Source: Candidatus Wolfebacteria bacterium RIFCSPLOWO2_01_FULL_45_19 (lineage in GTDB: Bacteria > Patescibacteriota > Minisyncoccia > UBA6257 > GWB1-45-9). From it: a DNA stretch of 52,146 nucleotides. Below are positions 41,842 to 50,534 of this stretch, piece by piece. The notes under the pieces are model-generated. The model was not told where the DNA came from. It searched no databases and saw only the letters and a program-made list of their open reading frames with translations. A program made the translations under genes and the position numbers. Positions within the stretch are counted from its first letter, which is position 1. Each line of letters opens with the position of its first letter. The stretch is from contig MGIR01000005.1 of the NCBI GenBank assembly GCA_001793855.1, positions 1 to 52,146 of the forward strand, written 5' to 3'.

Positions 41842-43098
41842 ATGAAACCAAATGTCGCGATAATAGGCCTGGGCTACGTTGGAGTGCCGACAGCCATAGC
41901 AATGGCGAAAGCCGGAATGAACGTGACGGGAATAGACATTGACGCAAAGCGGGTCAGCCAGCTTAACGCCTGCAAAAGCTTCATAAACGAAATAAAAGAC
42001 GACGAACTTAAAGCCGTTCGCGGAAATTTCCGCGCCACAACCGACTGGCAGGAGCTAAAAAAGTGCAGTGTCATTTTAATAGCGGTTCCAACGCCTCTTA
42101 CAAAAAACAAAACTCCCGACACTTCGGCCATAGAATCCGCCGCCGAAAACATTTCCAAAAATTTCAAAAAAGGCTCGCTTGTAGTTCTGAAAAGCAGCAC
42201 CTATCCGGGCACAACCGAAGAATTGTTGAAACCGATTCTGGAAAAAAGCGGGTTTCGCGCAGGCAAAGATTTTGATTTGGCGTTCGCACCTGAACGTATT
42301 GACCCAGGAAACAAAACCCACAAACTTGAGGACGTCCCAAAGGTTGTGGGCGGAATAAATAAAAAATCAACAAAAAGGGCGGCGGAATTTTTCGGATTGT
42401 TTCTGAATAAAATCCATACGGTCTCCTCGCCGCGCGCCGCGGAAATGAGCAAAATTTATGAAAACGTTTTCCGTCTGGTAAACGTCTCGCTCGTAAACGA
42501 ACTTAAAATGCTCTCTGATAAAATGGGCATTGATTTCTGGGAGGTGATTGAAGCGGCTAAAACAAAACCATACGGATTTATGCCCTTTTATCCCGGCCCT
42601 GGAATAGGCGGACATTGCATACCGATAGACCCGTTTTATCTTTCGTGGAAAGCGCGCGAAATTAATTTCTTCACGCATTTTATTGACCTTGCGGCAAAAG
42701 TCAATGAATCAATGCCGCACACCATTGTTACGAAAATTATTTGGGCGCTGAACAAACGCAAAAAAACCGTAGCCGGCTCGAAAATTCTGGTGCTTGGAGT
42801 CGCTTATAAAAAAGACGTAGACGACCCGCGTGAATCGCCGGCGATAGAAATTATCTGGGATCTCCTAAAAAAAAGCGGCAAGGTGCTTTACAACGATCCG
42901 TTTATCTCCAAAATCAAAATCAACGGCAAAAAAATGCTGTCCAAACCGCTGAACAGGGCTCTTGTAAAAGGCGCGGATTGCGTGGTTATTCTAGCGGATC
43001 ACAGCGTTTACGATTACAAAATGATTGCCCAGAACGCCAAACTGGTAATTGACACGCGAAACGCGATTAAAATAAAATCCCAGAAAATAATCAAATGA
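41842..43098 (+). CDS. UDP-N-acetyl-hexosamine 6-dehydrogenase (WbpA/WecC-type nucleotide-sugar dehydrogenase)
   Basis: 418 aa with the Rossmann motif VAIIGLGYVGVP and the catalytic GPGIGGHCIPIDP. Confidence 0.8.
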   Translation: MKPNVAIIGLGYVGVPTAIAMAKAGMNVTGIDIDAKRVSQLNACKSFINEIKDDELKAVRGNFRATTDWQELKKCSVILIAVPTPLTKNKTPDTSAIESAAENISKNFKKGSLVVLKSSTYPGTTEELLKPILEKSGFRAGKDFDLAFAPERIDPGNKTHKLEDVPKVVGGINKKSTKRAAEFFGLFLNKIHTVSSPRAAEMSKIYENVFRLVNVSLVNELKMLSDKMGIDFWEVIEAAKTKPYGFMPFYPGPGIGGHCIPIDPFYLSWKAREINFFTHFIDLAAKVNESMPHTIVTKIIWALNKRKKTVAGSKILVLGVAYKKDVDDPRESPAIEIIWDLLKKSGKVLYNDPFISKIKINGKKMLSKPLNRALVKGADCVVILADHSVYDYKMIAQNAKLVIDTRNAIKIKSQKIIK

Positions 43099-43886
43099 CA
43101 TTTTCCATAATCGGGACCGGGTTTATACTCCCCGCGCATATTGAAGCAATCCGTCACGTCGGCGGGAAAATTATTGATGTTGTAAACACTGCTCGTGGCG
43201 AAGATACTTGGCGCGATATGATTAAAACCACCAAAGCCGACTGTGTAGTTATACTGACGCCGAATGACCTTCATTTTCCGATGGCAATGGCCGCGGCCGA
43301 AGCGGGCAAAACAGTGCTCTGCGAAAAACCTCTTACTCTCAAATCAGAAGAGGCAAAAATTTTGGCGGAAAAATCAAAAAATATTTTTACCGTTCTTCAG
43401 CTACGTCATCATCCGCTTGTTAAAAAACTAAAGAGAGAAATTAAGCCGGGTGAAACCTATGAAATCTTGATGGACATATCGGTTTATAGAGACCCCGAAT
43501 ATTATCAAAGCTGGAAAGGCAAAACAGAACGCTCCGGCGGAGTTTTGATAAATCTGGGCATACATTATTTTGACCTGCTCTTGCATCTGTTCGGCGAACC
43601 GGAAAAAATCTCGCTCTCCGCCATTAACGAAAAAACCGGCGAAGGAACGCTTGAGGGCAAAAATTACCGTTGCTCTTTCAAAATCAGCACCGACGCGAAA
43701 CGAGACGAACAGCGTCGCGTTTTCAAAATAAACGGCGTTTCGTACAATTTTTCATCCAAAGACAATCTTTCTTACGAAAATCTGCATAAATTTGTATATG
43801 AGGATTTGCTGAAAGGACAAGGAAATTCGCCGCAAGACACAGTGCCTTCGCTTTCGTTAATTGAAAACCTTTACGCCCGAAGATAA
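43095..43886 (+). CDS. Gfo/Idh/MocA-family oxidoreductase (WbpB-like)
   Basis: 263 aa with the LCEKPL motif. It has an ATGA overlap with the dehydrogenase gene. Confidence 0.7.
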   Translation: MTFSIIGTGFILPAHIEAIRHVGGKIIDVVNTARGEDTWRDMIKTTKADCVVILTPNDLHFPMAMAAAEAGKTVLCEKPLTLKSEEAKILAEKSKNIFTVLQLRHHPLVKKLKREIKPGETYEILMDISVYRDPEYYQSWKGKTERSGGVLINLGIHYFDLLLHLFGEPEKISLSAINEKTGEGTLEGKNYRCSFKISTDAKRDEQRRVFKINGVSYNFSSKDNLSYENLHKFVYEDLLKGQGNSPQDTVPSLSLIENLYARR

Positions 43887-43931
43887 AACTGATATAATCA
43901 CCGCAGTAATTAAATAAGCGAGGTAAAATTT

Positions 43932-44342
43932 ATGGCAGGCAAAAATACCGTCATCTACCATCCCGAGCTTTCAAACATTTCTGATCAAGCCGTTATCGGC
44001 GATAATTGCAAAATCCATTCTCATGTATGGATAGGCGCTGGAGTAAAAATCGGCGACAACTGCAAAATCCAGGCGTTCGCCTTCATTCCCGACGGCGTAA
44101 CCGTGGAAGATAACGCGTTCGTTGGTCCGCACGCCTGTTTTACCAACGATAAATATCCGCCATCCGGCGGGAAGGGGTGGCAGCCCACGCTCGTGAAACG
44201 AGGCGCGAAAATCGGAGCCGGAGCGATAATTCTTCCTGGGATTGTCATTGGAGAAAACGCCATAATCGGCGCCGGTGCTGTTGTGACAAAAGACGTTCTC
44301 GACAACACGACGGTTGTCGGCAATCCCGCGCGCCCTGTATAA
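43932..44342 (+). CDS. Left-handed beta-helix (hexapeptide) acetyltransferase (WbpD-like)
   Basis: 136 aa with repeated [LIV]-G-x-x-x-x hexapeptides ([45 protein letters not shown]). Confidence 0.8.
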   Translation: MAGKNTVIYHPELSNISDQAVIGDNCKIHSHVWIGAGVKIGDNCKIQAFAFIPDGVTVEDNAFVGPHACFTNDKYPPSGGKGWQPTLVKRGAKIGAGAIILPGIVIGENAIIGAGAVVTKDVLDNTTVVGNPARPV

Positions 44343-44371
44343 TAATGGGGCGCTTTTCTATCCTATGCCCT

Positions 44372-45502
44372 ATGACAAAATTTTTTGATACAACCGCCCA
44401 ATACAAATCAATAGAAAAAAGCATTGACTCAGCCGCTAAGAGAGTTTTCAAAAGCGGAATTTTTATCGGCGGCGAAGAAGTCAGAAAATTTGAAAATGAA
44501 TTCGCGAAATTTTGCGATGTTAAATACGCAATATCGGTTAATTCCGGAACTGACGCGCTTTTCCTTTCGCTAAAAGCGTTGGGTATCGGAAAAGGCGACG
44601 AGGTTATCACGACGCCATTCACTTTTATCGCCACCGCGGGAACAATAGCCAATACGGGAGCTGGGCCGGTTTTCGCTGATATTGAAAGCGATACTTTCAA
44701 TATCAATCCTGAGCTTGTCGAAGGATTGATTACTCCGCGCACCAAAGCAATTATGCCGGTTCATTTGTTCGGCCAAATGGCAGATATGACGGCAATTATG
44801 CGAATAGCAAAAAAATATAAACTCTTTGTGATAGAAGACGCGGCGCAAGCAGTAGGAGCTCGGATGGCCGGAAGTGTCGGAGATTTGGGTTGTTTTTCAT
44901 TTTTTCCGGCGAAAAATATCGGCGCTTATGGCGACGGAGGTATGATAACTACAAACAACAAAAAACTTGCCGAGAAATTGCGTCTTCTAAAAAACCACGG
45001 CTCATCGCCGAAAGATAAATACCGAAATCTTATTGTCGGGACGAATTCGCGATTAGATTCCTTACAGGCGGCAATTTTGAGAGTAAAGCTGAAACATCTC
45101 CGAAAATGGAACAAAGCGCGCGCGGAAAAAGCAAAATATTATAACAATGCTTTGAAAAATATTGACGGCTTAATAACGCCCGCTATCACGCCAAATGGAA
45201 GTCATGTTTTTCATCAATATACCCTTCAACTTCCTTCGACTTCGCTCAGGACAAGTCGCTCAGGGCAAGCAAGAAACGCGTTGAAAAAACATTTGGAAAA
45301 ACAAGGAATTCCTACGATGGTTTATTATCCTTTGCCGCTTCATCTCCAGCCGGCTCTGAAATACTTGGGGTACAAGAAGGGCGACTTTCCCGAAGCGGAA
45401 AGGGCGGCAAACGAAGTTTTGTCGTTGCCGATTTATCCGGAGATAACCGAAAAAGAACAGGGAAAAATCGTAGAAACAATAAAAAACTTTTACGCAAAAT
45501 AA
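44372..45502 (+). CDS. DegT/DnrJ/EryC1-family PLP aminotransferase (WbpE-like)
   Basis: The protein starts MTKFFDTTAQYKSI (the alternative start is ATG 44345). Motifs include NSGTDAL, DAAQAVGA and FSFFPAKNIGAYGDGG (PLP lysine region). The long ORF from 44177 overlaps the acetyltransferase gene. Confidence 0.85.
   Translation: MTKFFDTTAQYKSIEKSIDSAAKRVFKSGIFIGGEEVRKFENEFAKFCDVKYAISVNSGTDALFLSLKALGIGKGDEVITTPFTFIATAGTIANTGAGPVFADIESDTFNINPELVEGLITPRTKAIMPVHLFGQMADMTAIMRIAKKYKLFVIEDAAQAVGARMAGSVGDLGCFSFFPAKNIGAYGDGGMITTNNKKLAEKLRLLKNHGSSPKDKYRNLIVGTNSRLDSLQAAILRVKLKHLRKWNKARAEKAKYYNNALKNIDGLITPAITPNGSHVFHQYTLQLPSTSLRTSRSGQARNALKKHLEKQGIPTMVYYPLPLHLQPALKYLGYKKGDFPEAERAANEVLSLPIYPEITEKEQGKIVETIKNFYAK
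45242..45269. repeat. Tandem 14-mer tcgctcaggacaag / tcgctcagggcaag inside the aminotransferase CDS
   Basis: Direct reading. It encodes part of PSTSLRTSRSGQA, a low-complexity stretch between HQYTLQL and the conserved C-terminal part. Confidence 0.85.
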
Positions 45503-46557
45503 TGAAAATTTGTTTTCTGGCTGGCGCGGATTCCGTGCACAGCTACAAATGGGTTAAATTTTTTGCCGAAAAAGGACACGAGATTCATTGGATTTCGTTT
45601 ACGCCAAACACCCAAGGAGAAATTCCGGGCGTCCATTTTTATAAAATTGATAAGCCATTCCCGCTCGGTTTTTTCGCGCTGAACAAAATTGTCAGAAGCA
45701 TAAAGCCGAATATTTTCCACGCGCATTATGCCGGAAAAAACGGCCTGCTCGCGGCTCTCGCCAATTTTCATCCTTTTATTCTTACGGCATGGGGCTCCGA
45801 CGTTCTTTTGGCCGGAAAATCAAAGCTAAAAAAGCCATTCGTGAAATACGCGCTGAAAAAGGCCGACTTAATAACCTGCGATGCCGAACATATGAAGAAA
45901 GCGATTATTGAGCTCGGAGTTGAGCCGGAAAAGATTAAAATTATATATTTCGGCATAGACACCAAAAAATTTCAACCGGCTAAAAGCTATAAGCTAAAAG
46001 CTAAAAGCTATGAAGTTATTTCACTGCGAAGCTTAGAGCCGGTGTATGACGTTGAGACACTTGTCCGGGCCGCGCCTTTGGTATTACGACAAATTCCGGA
46101 GGCAAATTTTATAATCGCCGGCAGGGGTTCCGAGGAAGAAAAACTGAAGAAATTAGCAAGCGAGCTCGGCGTTTTACGAAATATGGAATTCATCGGGTTT
46201 GTTAAACAAAACGACCTGCCATGCCTTCTTCAATCAGCCGACATTTACGTTTCCACTTCTTTGTCCGACGCCGGAATAGCCGCCAGCACCGCGGAAGCAA
46301 TGGCTTGCGGCCTGCCTGTTGTAATTACCAACACGGGCGAAAACGAACTCTGGGTAAAAAATGGCGCGGGCGGATTTATTGTTCCGGTCAAAACTCCGAA
46401 AATTCTTGCGGAAAAAATAATTGAACTCTTGAAAAACCCGCAAACCCGCCGACAGTTCGGCGAAACCAATAGAAAAACAATTGAAGAAAAAAACGATTAC
46501 TATACAGAGATGGCTAAAGCAGAACGCTCATATTATGACCTCAAAACTCCTTTCTGA
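45502..46557 (+). CDS. GT4-family glycosyltransferase
   Basis: 351 aa with the C-terminal motif SLSDAGIAASTAEAMACGLPVVITNTGE (E-x7-E type). The start overlaps the upstream stop (TAATG). Confidence 0.8.
   Translation: MKICFLAGADSVHSYKWVKFFAEKGHEIHWISFTPNTQGEIPGVHFYKIDKPFPLGFFALNKIVRSIKPNIFHAHYAGKNGLLAALANFHPFILTAWGSDVLLAGKSKLKKPFVKYALKKADLITCDAEHMKKAIIELGVEPEKIKIIYFGIDTKKFQPAKSYKLKAKSYEVISLRSLEPVYDVETLVRAAPLVLRQIPEANFIIAGRGSEEEKLKKLASELGVLRNMEFIGFVKQNDLPCLLQSADIYVSTSLSDAGIAASTAEAMACGLPVVITNTGENELWVKNGAGGFIVPVKTPKILAEKIIELLKNPQTRRQFGETNRKTIEEKNDYYTEMAKAERSYYDLKTPF
45979..46013. repeat. Tandem heptamer array gctaaaa gctataa gctaaaa gctaaaa gctatga inside the GT4 CDS
   Basis: Direct reading. 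It encodes AKSYKLKAKSYE in the inter-domain linker. Confidence 0.9.
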
Positions 46558-47017
46558 GCTTAATGCCGAACATTTTAAAAATGCGGTGATTATTCTTGAT
46601 ATTGACGGGGCTATCGTGCCAGATAAGACATCCGATATAAGCGCGGCAGCGGAACGTTTCGTAAAACTGCTCGCGGAAACAAATGAAGTCCATCTTGTTT
46701 CAAACGGAAAGAGGCACGAAAGAAACGCAAAACTCGCCCACCGGCTTGGCGTTTCGTATTTTGAAACGCCGCATAAAAAACCTACGAAACGCGCGGTACT
46801 TCATATACTTGAAAATCAAAGCGGCCGTCCTGTCATCGTTATCGGAGACAAATTTCTCACGGACGGCTTCTTGGCCATGCGCATAAAAGCGGAATTTGTA
46901 AAAGTGAAACGGCTCACATCGGGAAAGGAAGGCGCGTTTACTTTTTTTGTAAACTTTATTGATGACGCAATATACGCGATTTATCAAAAATTAGAAAAGG
47001 GCTTTAGCAAGTTTTAA
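46535..47017 (+). CDS. HAD-superfamily phosphatase (YqeG-like, subfamily IIIA)
   Basis: The protein starts MTSKLLSEL. Motifs are ILDIDGAIV (DxD), LVSNG and VIGDKFLTD. The ORF listed from 46481 would overlap the GT4 gene more deeply. Confidence 0.65.
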   Translation: MTSKLLSELNAEHFKNAVIILDIDGAIVPDKTSDISAAAERFVKLLAETNEVHLVSNGKRHERNAKLAHRLGVSYFETPHKKPTKRAVLHILENQSGRPVIVIGDKFLTDGFLAMRIKAEFVKVKRLTSGKEGAFTFFVNFIDDAIYAIYQKLEKGFSKF

Positions 47018-48028
47018 GATTCCCTGTTTCCACGGCACGCGGTGAGAAACGCCGATTTTCCCTTCAAACTCCTTAAGGTGAGAAAGATACCACTCATAAT
47101 TCCGCACAAGCGCCTGCTTATTTGAATATTTTGGCTTAAAACCGAGAACGCGCTCGGCTTTTTCAATAGAAACAAAAGAGTCCTTGGACGCCGTCTCATA
47201 AACCCATTTGTAGAGCGGAGAAAGATGGAGCAATTCCAAAAGACGAAGTGTCAAAATTACCGGACCGGCAGGCAGTGGAATTATTTTCTTGCCGAACCCA
47301 GCGCGGTCCAAAACCGCCTGATAATCTTCGCCCATGGTAGTAAATTCCTTTGCGCCGATATTAAACGTGTCATTCACCGCCGTTTTATCCAAAGTTACGG
47401 CCAGATAAATCGCCTCGCAAAGATCCTCAACATCCAAAAGCTGATAACGATTTTTGCCGTTCCCTATCATCGGAAAATTTTTGCCGTCCTTCGCCCAATC
47501 GTAGAAAAGCGCGAAAACGCCGAGACGCTCAGGGCCAACAAAAGATTTTGGACGAATTATGGGAACGCACATCCCCCTCCTGCGAAACTCCAGACAAATT
47601 TCCTCCGCGGCTATCTTGGCTTTTCCGTAAGGACCCACGCCTTCAAGCTTATCGTCTTCGCGAAGAGGATGGTGGTCAGGGATGCCGTAAACGGCAGTGG
47701 AAGATATGTGAACGACACGATCAACGTTGTGCCGGAAAGCGGCATCAAGGATATTTCTTGCGCCATCAATATCAATTGAGAGAATCTCTTTTTCCGCGTA
47801 CAGCGGGAGCGCCGCCGCGGTATGTATTACGACGTCAGCGCCGGATACGGCGCGGTCCACAACGTCTTTGTCGCGAATATCTCCGGTTATTGCCTCAATC
47901 CGAGACGCTTCGGGATAATCAAATGGCGCCTTATCCAAAGACCGCACGGCGTAGCCCCTTTTCAAAAAATAACGCGCGAGGTTTATTCCAAGAAAACCGG
48001 CTCCGCCGGTAATTAGTACAAGTTTCAT
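46991..48028 (-). CDS. NAD-dependent epimerase/dehydratase (extended SDR)
   Basis: 345 aa with ITGGAGFLG and the catalytic YGKAK. Confidence 0.85.
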   Translation of the reverse strand: MKLVLITGGAGFLGINLARYFLKRGYAVRSLDKAPFDYPEASRIEAITGDIRDKDVVDRAVSGADVVIHTAAALPLYAEKEILSIDIDGARNILDAAFRHNVDRVVHISSTAVYGIPDHHPLREDDKLEGVGPYGKAKIAAEEICLEFRRRGMCVPIIRPKSFVGPERLGVFALFYDWAKDGKNFPMIGNGKNRYQLLDVEDLCEAIYLAVTLDKTAVNDTFNIGAKEFTTMGEDYQAVLDRAGFGKKIIPLPAGPVILTLRLLELLHLSPLYKWVYETASKDSFVSIEKAERVLGFKPKYSNKQALVRNYEWYLSHLKEFEGKIGVSHRVPWKQGILKLAKALF

Positions 48029-48034
48029 AAATTC

Positions 48035-48895
48035 TTAAACCACGTGATAAAAAATAATGTACATAAAAATCCCCCAACCGAAAAGGCTGGCGAGTATAAA
48101 GCGATCGGTAAATATCATCTTTTCGGGATACTCGGCATCGTTCCTCACATATACCACGAGCATATAACGCAGTACTCCGGCGAGCACGAAAAAAACAGAA
48201 TAAACCGCGAGTGGCGAGTTCAAAACCAGAACGGTATAAATGCTGTAAGAGAAAATTATAAGCGTAGCCGACATGGCGAGAAATACGTCAAGCACAGCCG
48301 GAGTGTACGCCTCAAGCACTTTTCGTTTCGTCTCTTCCCGATATTCCGCCTTGCGCTTGCCGACCACGAGAAAAAGAGCGAGAAACGTTACGCAAAGCAG
48401 TAGCCAATTCGATACGAAAACAGACGCGGCAATGCCGCCCGCGATTACTCGCAAAAGATAAAAAAACGAGACGAGCAGAATATCAAGAACGGCAACGTAC
48501 TTCAAAAAGAAGGAGTATAAAACGTTCAACAAAAAATACAGCGCGAGAACCGGAACAATCGCTGGGACAAGCGCGTAAGCGGCAACAAACGCAACTAAAA
48601 ACAGAACACCGAAAAATAATTTCGCGTTCAAAACTGATATCCGGCCCGAAGCGATTGGCCTCGCTTTTTTGGCAGAATGATTGCGGTCATGCTCCAAGTC
48701 AGCGATGTCGTTCAAGACATACACGCTTGATGAAACGAGTGAAAAGACCACGAAAGCAGATGCCGCGAGAAGAAGGCTTGGGTAGTCGAAAATTGCTCCG
48801 GCAAAAAAAATCGGGGCGAAAACAAAAATATTTTTCACCCAGCCGAACGGGCGCATGAGAACAATATACTGAAGCATGTCGCGCATAGATACCAT
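48035..48895 (-). CDS. UbiA-family prenyltransferase, decaprenyl-phosphate phosphoribosyltransferase-like
   Basis: About 9 TM segments and the NDIADLEHDRNHSAKKARPIASG motif are present. The start is uncertain (ATG 48895, 48886 or 48877). The ORF to 48994 would overlap the divergent gene. Confidence 0.75.
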   Translation of the reverse strand: MVSMRDMLQYIVLMRPFGWVKNIFVFAPIFFAGAIFDYPSLLLAASAFVVFSLVSSSVYVLNDIADLEHDRNHSAKKARPIASGRISVLNAKLFFGVLFLVAFVAAYALVPAIVPVLALYFLLNVLYSFFLKYVAVLDILLVSFFYLLRVIAGGIAASVFVSNWLLLCVTFLALFLVVGKRKAEYREETKRKVLEAYTPAVLDVFLAMSATLIIFSYSIYTVLVLNSPLAVYSVFFVLAGVLRYMLVVYVRNDAEYPEKMIFTDRFILASLFGWGIFMYIIFYHVV

Positions 48896-48941
48896 TATAA
48901 TATCTGGATAAGCATAATAAAAGCGGCTATAATGCAATAAT

Positions 48942-50534
48942 ATGAACAAACATTGGCCATTTTTTGCGGCGATATTCGTTTTCGTCGCGGGCATGGCGCT
49001 GCTTATATTGATAAGCTTGCAAAAAACCGGCGGTGTTTTTGCTTACGCGCTGGACGATATCTACATCCACATGGCTATTTCAAAAAACCTCGCGTTAAAT
49101 GGCGCGTGGGGCATCAACGCCGGTGAATTTTCTTCTTCCGCTTCCTCAATTCTTTACCCGCTTATAATAGCCGCCTCGTTTGTCGTGTTTGGAGTTAACG
49201 AAATAAGCCCGCTCGCCATAAACATTATCTTCGGATTACTTTCCATTCTCGCCGCCTATTTCATACTTAAAAAAACAGATATGCCGCCAGCGTGGACGTT
49301 CGCCGCTTTGCTTTTTTTTGTTTTCGCGACGCCGTTTTTTATCGTAGCGCTCACGGGGCTTGAACATATGATTCAAATCGCGGTTTTTCTTTTCTTTGTA
49401 TATCTCGCGACGCGCGCCATCGCGTCGGAAAAACCGAGCGGCAAGGAAATCGCCGCGCTCGCGCTTCTCGCGGCCATACTCACGAGCGTCCGTTATGAAA
49501 GCATGTTTGTCTTGTTTGTCGTTTGCGGATTATTCATTCTCAAAAAGCAGTGGAATACGGCGTTTGTCTTGGGTGCGATTGGCATGCTCCCTATTGTTAT
49601 TTTCGGCCTTTACGCCGTCGCGCAAGGGTCATATTTTTTTCCTAACCCAGTTTTGCTCAAAGCCAAGTTTGAACACTTCGCGATATGGGATCTGATGAAG
49701 CTTGGGTATTACGCACTAAGCAATATGGCAGAGTCGCACATTCTGCTTCTTCTCGCGGGCGCGCTTTCCGCATTCGCTATGCGCGTGAGAAATCATATAG
49801 CCTTTTGGAGTCAGCAACAACTTATGGTCGTTATATTCGCGGCGACTACGTTATTGCACCTCACTTTCGCCCAGACCGGCTGGTTTTACCGATATGAAGC
49901 ATATCTTGTGGCACTCGGAATAATTATTGTTTCAACGGGTATTTATGAATATTTCCGGAACAAAGACATATTAGCCATGCTTAAACTTAAAACAAATCCG
50001 CTTTTTTTCGGAACGCTTGTGGCGATATTTTTTGCGCTTTCTTTGCCATATGTCTTCAGAGCCGGCTCAGCGGTAGCAACTCCACAGGCAATGAAAAATA
50101 TTTACGAACAGCATTATCAATTGGGCCTTTTTATACAAAAATATTACGGCGGCGAAACCATAGTGGCGAACGATATCGGCTTCATAAGCTTTCTCCCTAA
50201 CGCGTATATCATTGACTGGGTCGGATTGGGCAATGTAGATGTGACGCGCGCCAGAAGAAATGGGAATTTCACGAGGGAGTGGATGGAAGATTACGCGCGG
50301 TCGAAAAACGCGAAGCTCGCTGTAATGCATGATGTCTGGTTCGCGAATACCGGCGTGCCGCAAAGCTGGACCAAAATCGGCGAGTGGAAAGTCACTAGCG
50401 GCGCCCCGTTCATCGCAAGAAACGTGGCTTTCTATTCAACTGACCGGAACGAGATTGAGGGTCTCCGGCAATACTTCGCGGACTTTTCGGCGAACGAGCT
50501 TCCTAATTCGGTTGAAGCAACAAAATATTTTTGA
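48942..50534 (+). CDS. Large polytopic membrane protein, GT-C-fold glycosyltransferase-like
   Basis: 530 aa with more than 10 TM segments. The acidic motif ALDDIYIHM lies in the first extracytoplasmic loop, and there is a C-terminal soluble domain. The family call is tentative. Confidence 0.5.
   Translation: MNKHWPFFAAIFVFVAGMALLILISLQKTGGVFAYALDDIYIHMAISKNLALNGAWGINAGEFSSSASSILYPLIIAASFVVFGVNEISPLAINIIFGLLSILAAYFILKKTDMPPAWTFAALLFFVFATPFFIVALTGLEHMIQIAVFLFFVYLATRAIASEKPSGKEIAALALLAAILTSVRYESMFVLFVVCGLFILKKQWNTAFVLGAIGMLPIVIFGLYAVAQGSYFFPNPVLLKAKFEHFAIWDLMKLGYYALSNMAESHILLLLAGALSAFAMRVRNHIAFWSQQQLMVVIFAATTLLHLTFAQTGWFYRYEAYLVALGIIIVSTGIYEYFRNKDILAMLKLKTNPLFFGTLVAIFFALSLPYVFRAGSAVATPQAMKNIYEQHYQLGLFIQKYYGGETIVANDIGFISFLPNAYIIDWVGLGNVDVTRARRNGNFTREWMEDYARSKNAKLAVMHDVWFANTGVPQSWTKIGEWKVTSGAPFIARNVAFYSTDRNEIEGLRQYFADFSANELPNSVEATKYF

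Noticed and set aside
41874-42678. A cluster of short minus- and plus-strand ORFs (60-108 aa) lies inside the nucleotide-sugar dehydrogenase gene. Similar stacks occur inside topA, rel, gap and rny.
   Set aside because: All overlap strongly supported conserved genes. They have biased, low-complexity composition and no ribosome-binding sites, which is typical of frame shadows.
44177-44371. The 441-aa version of the aminotransferase ORF starts inside the acetyltransferase gene.
   Set aside because: The extension (Arg/Cys-rich, low complexity) is an out-of-frame read of the hexapeptide-repeat gene. The conserved DegT sequence starts at MTKFFDT (44372).
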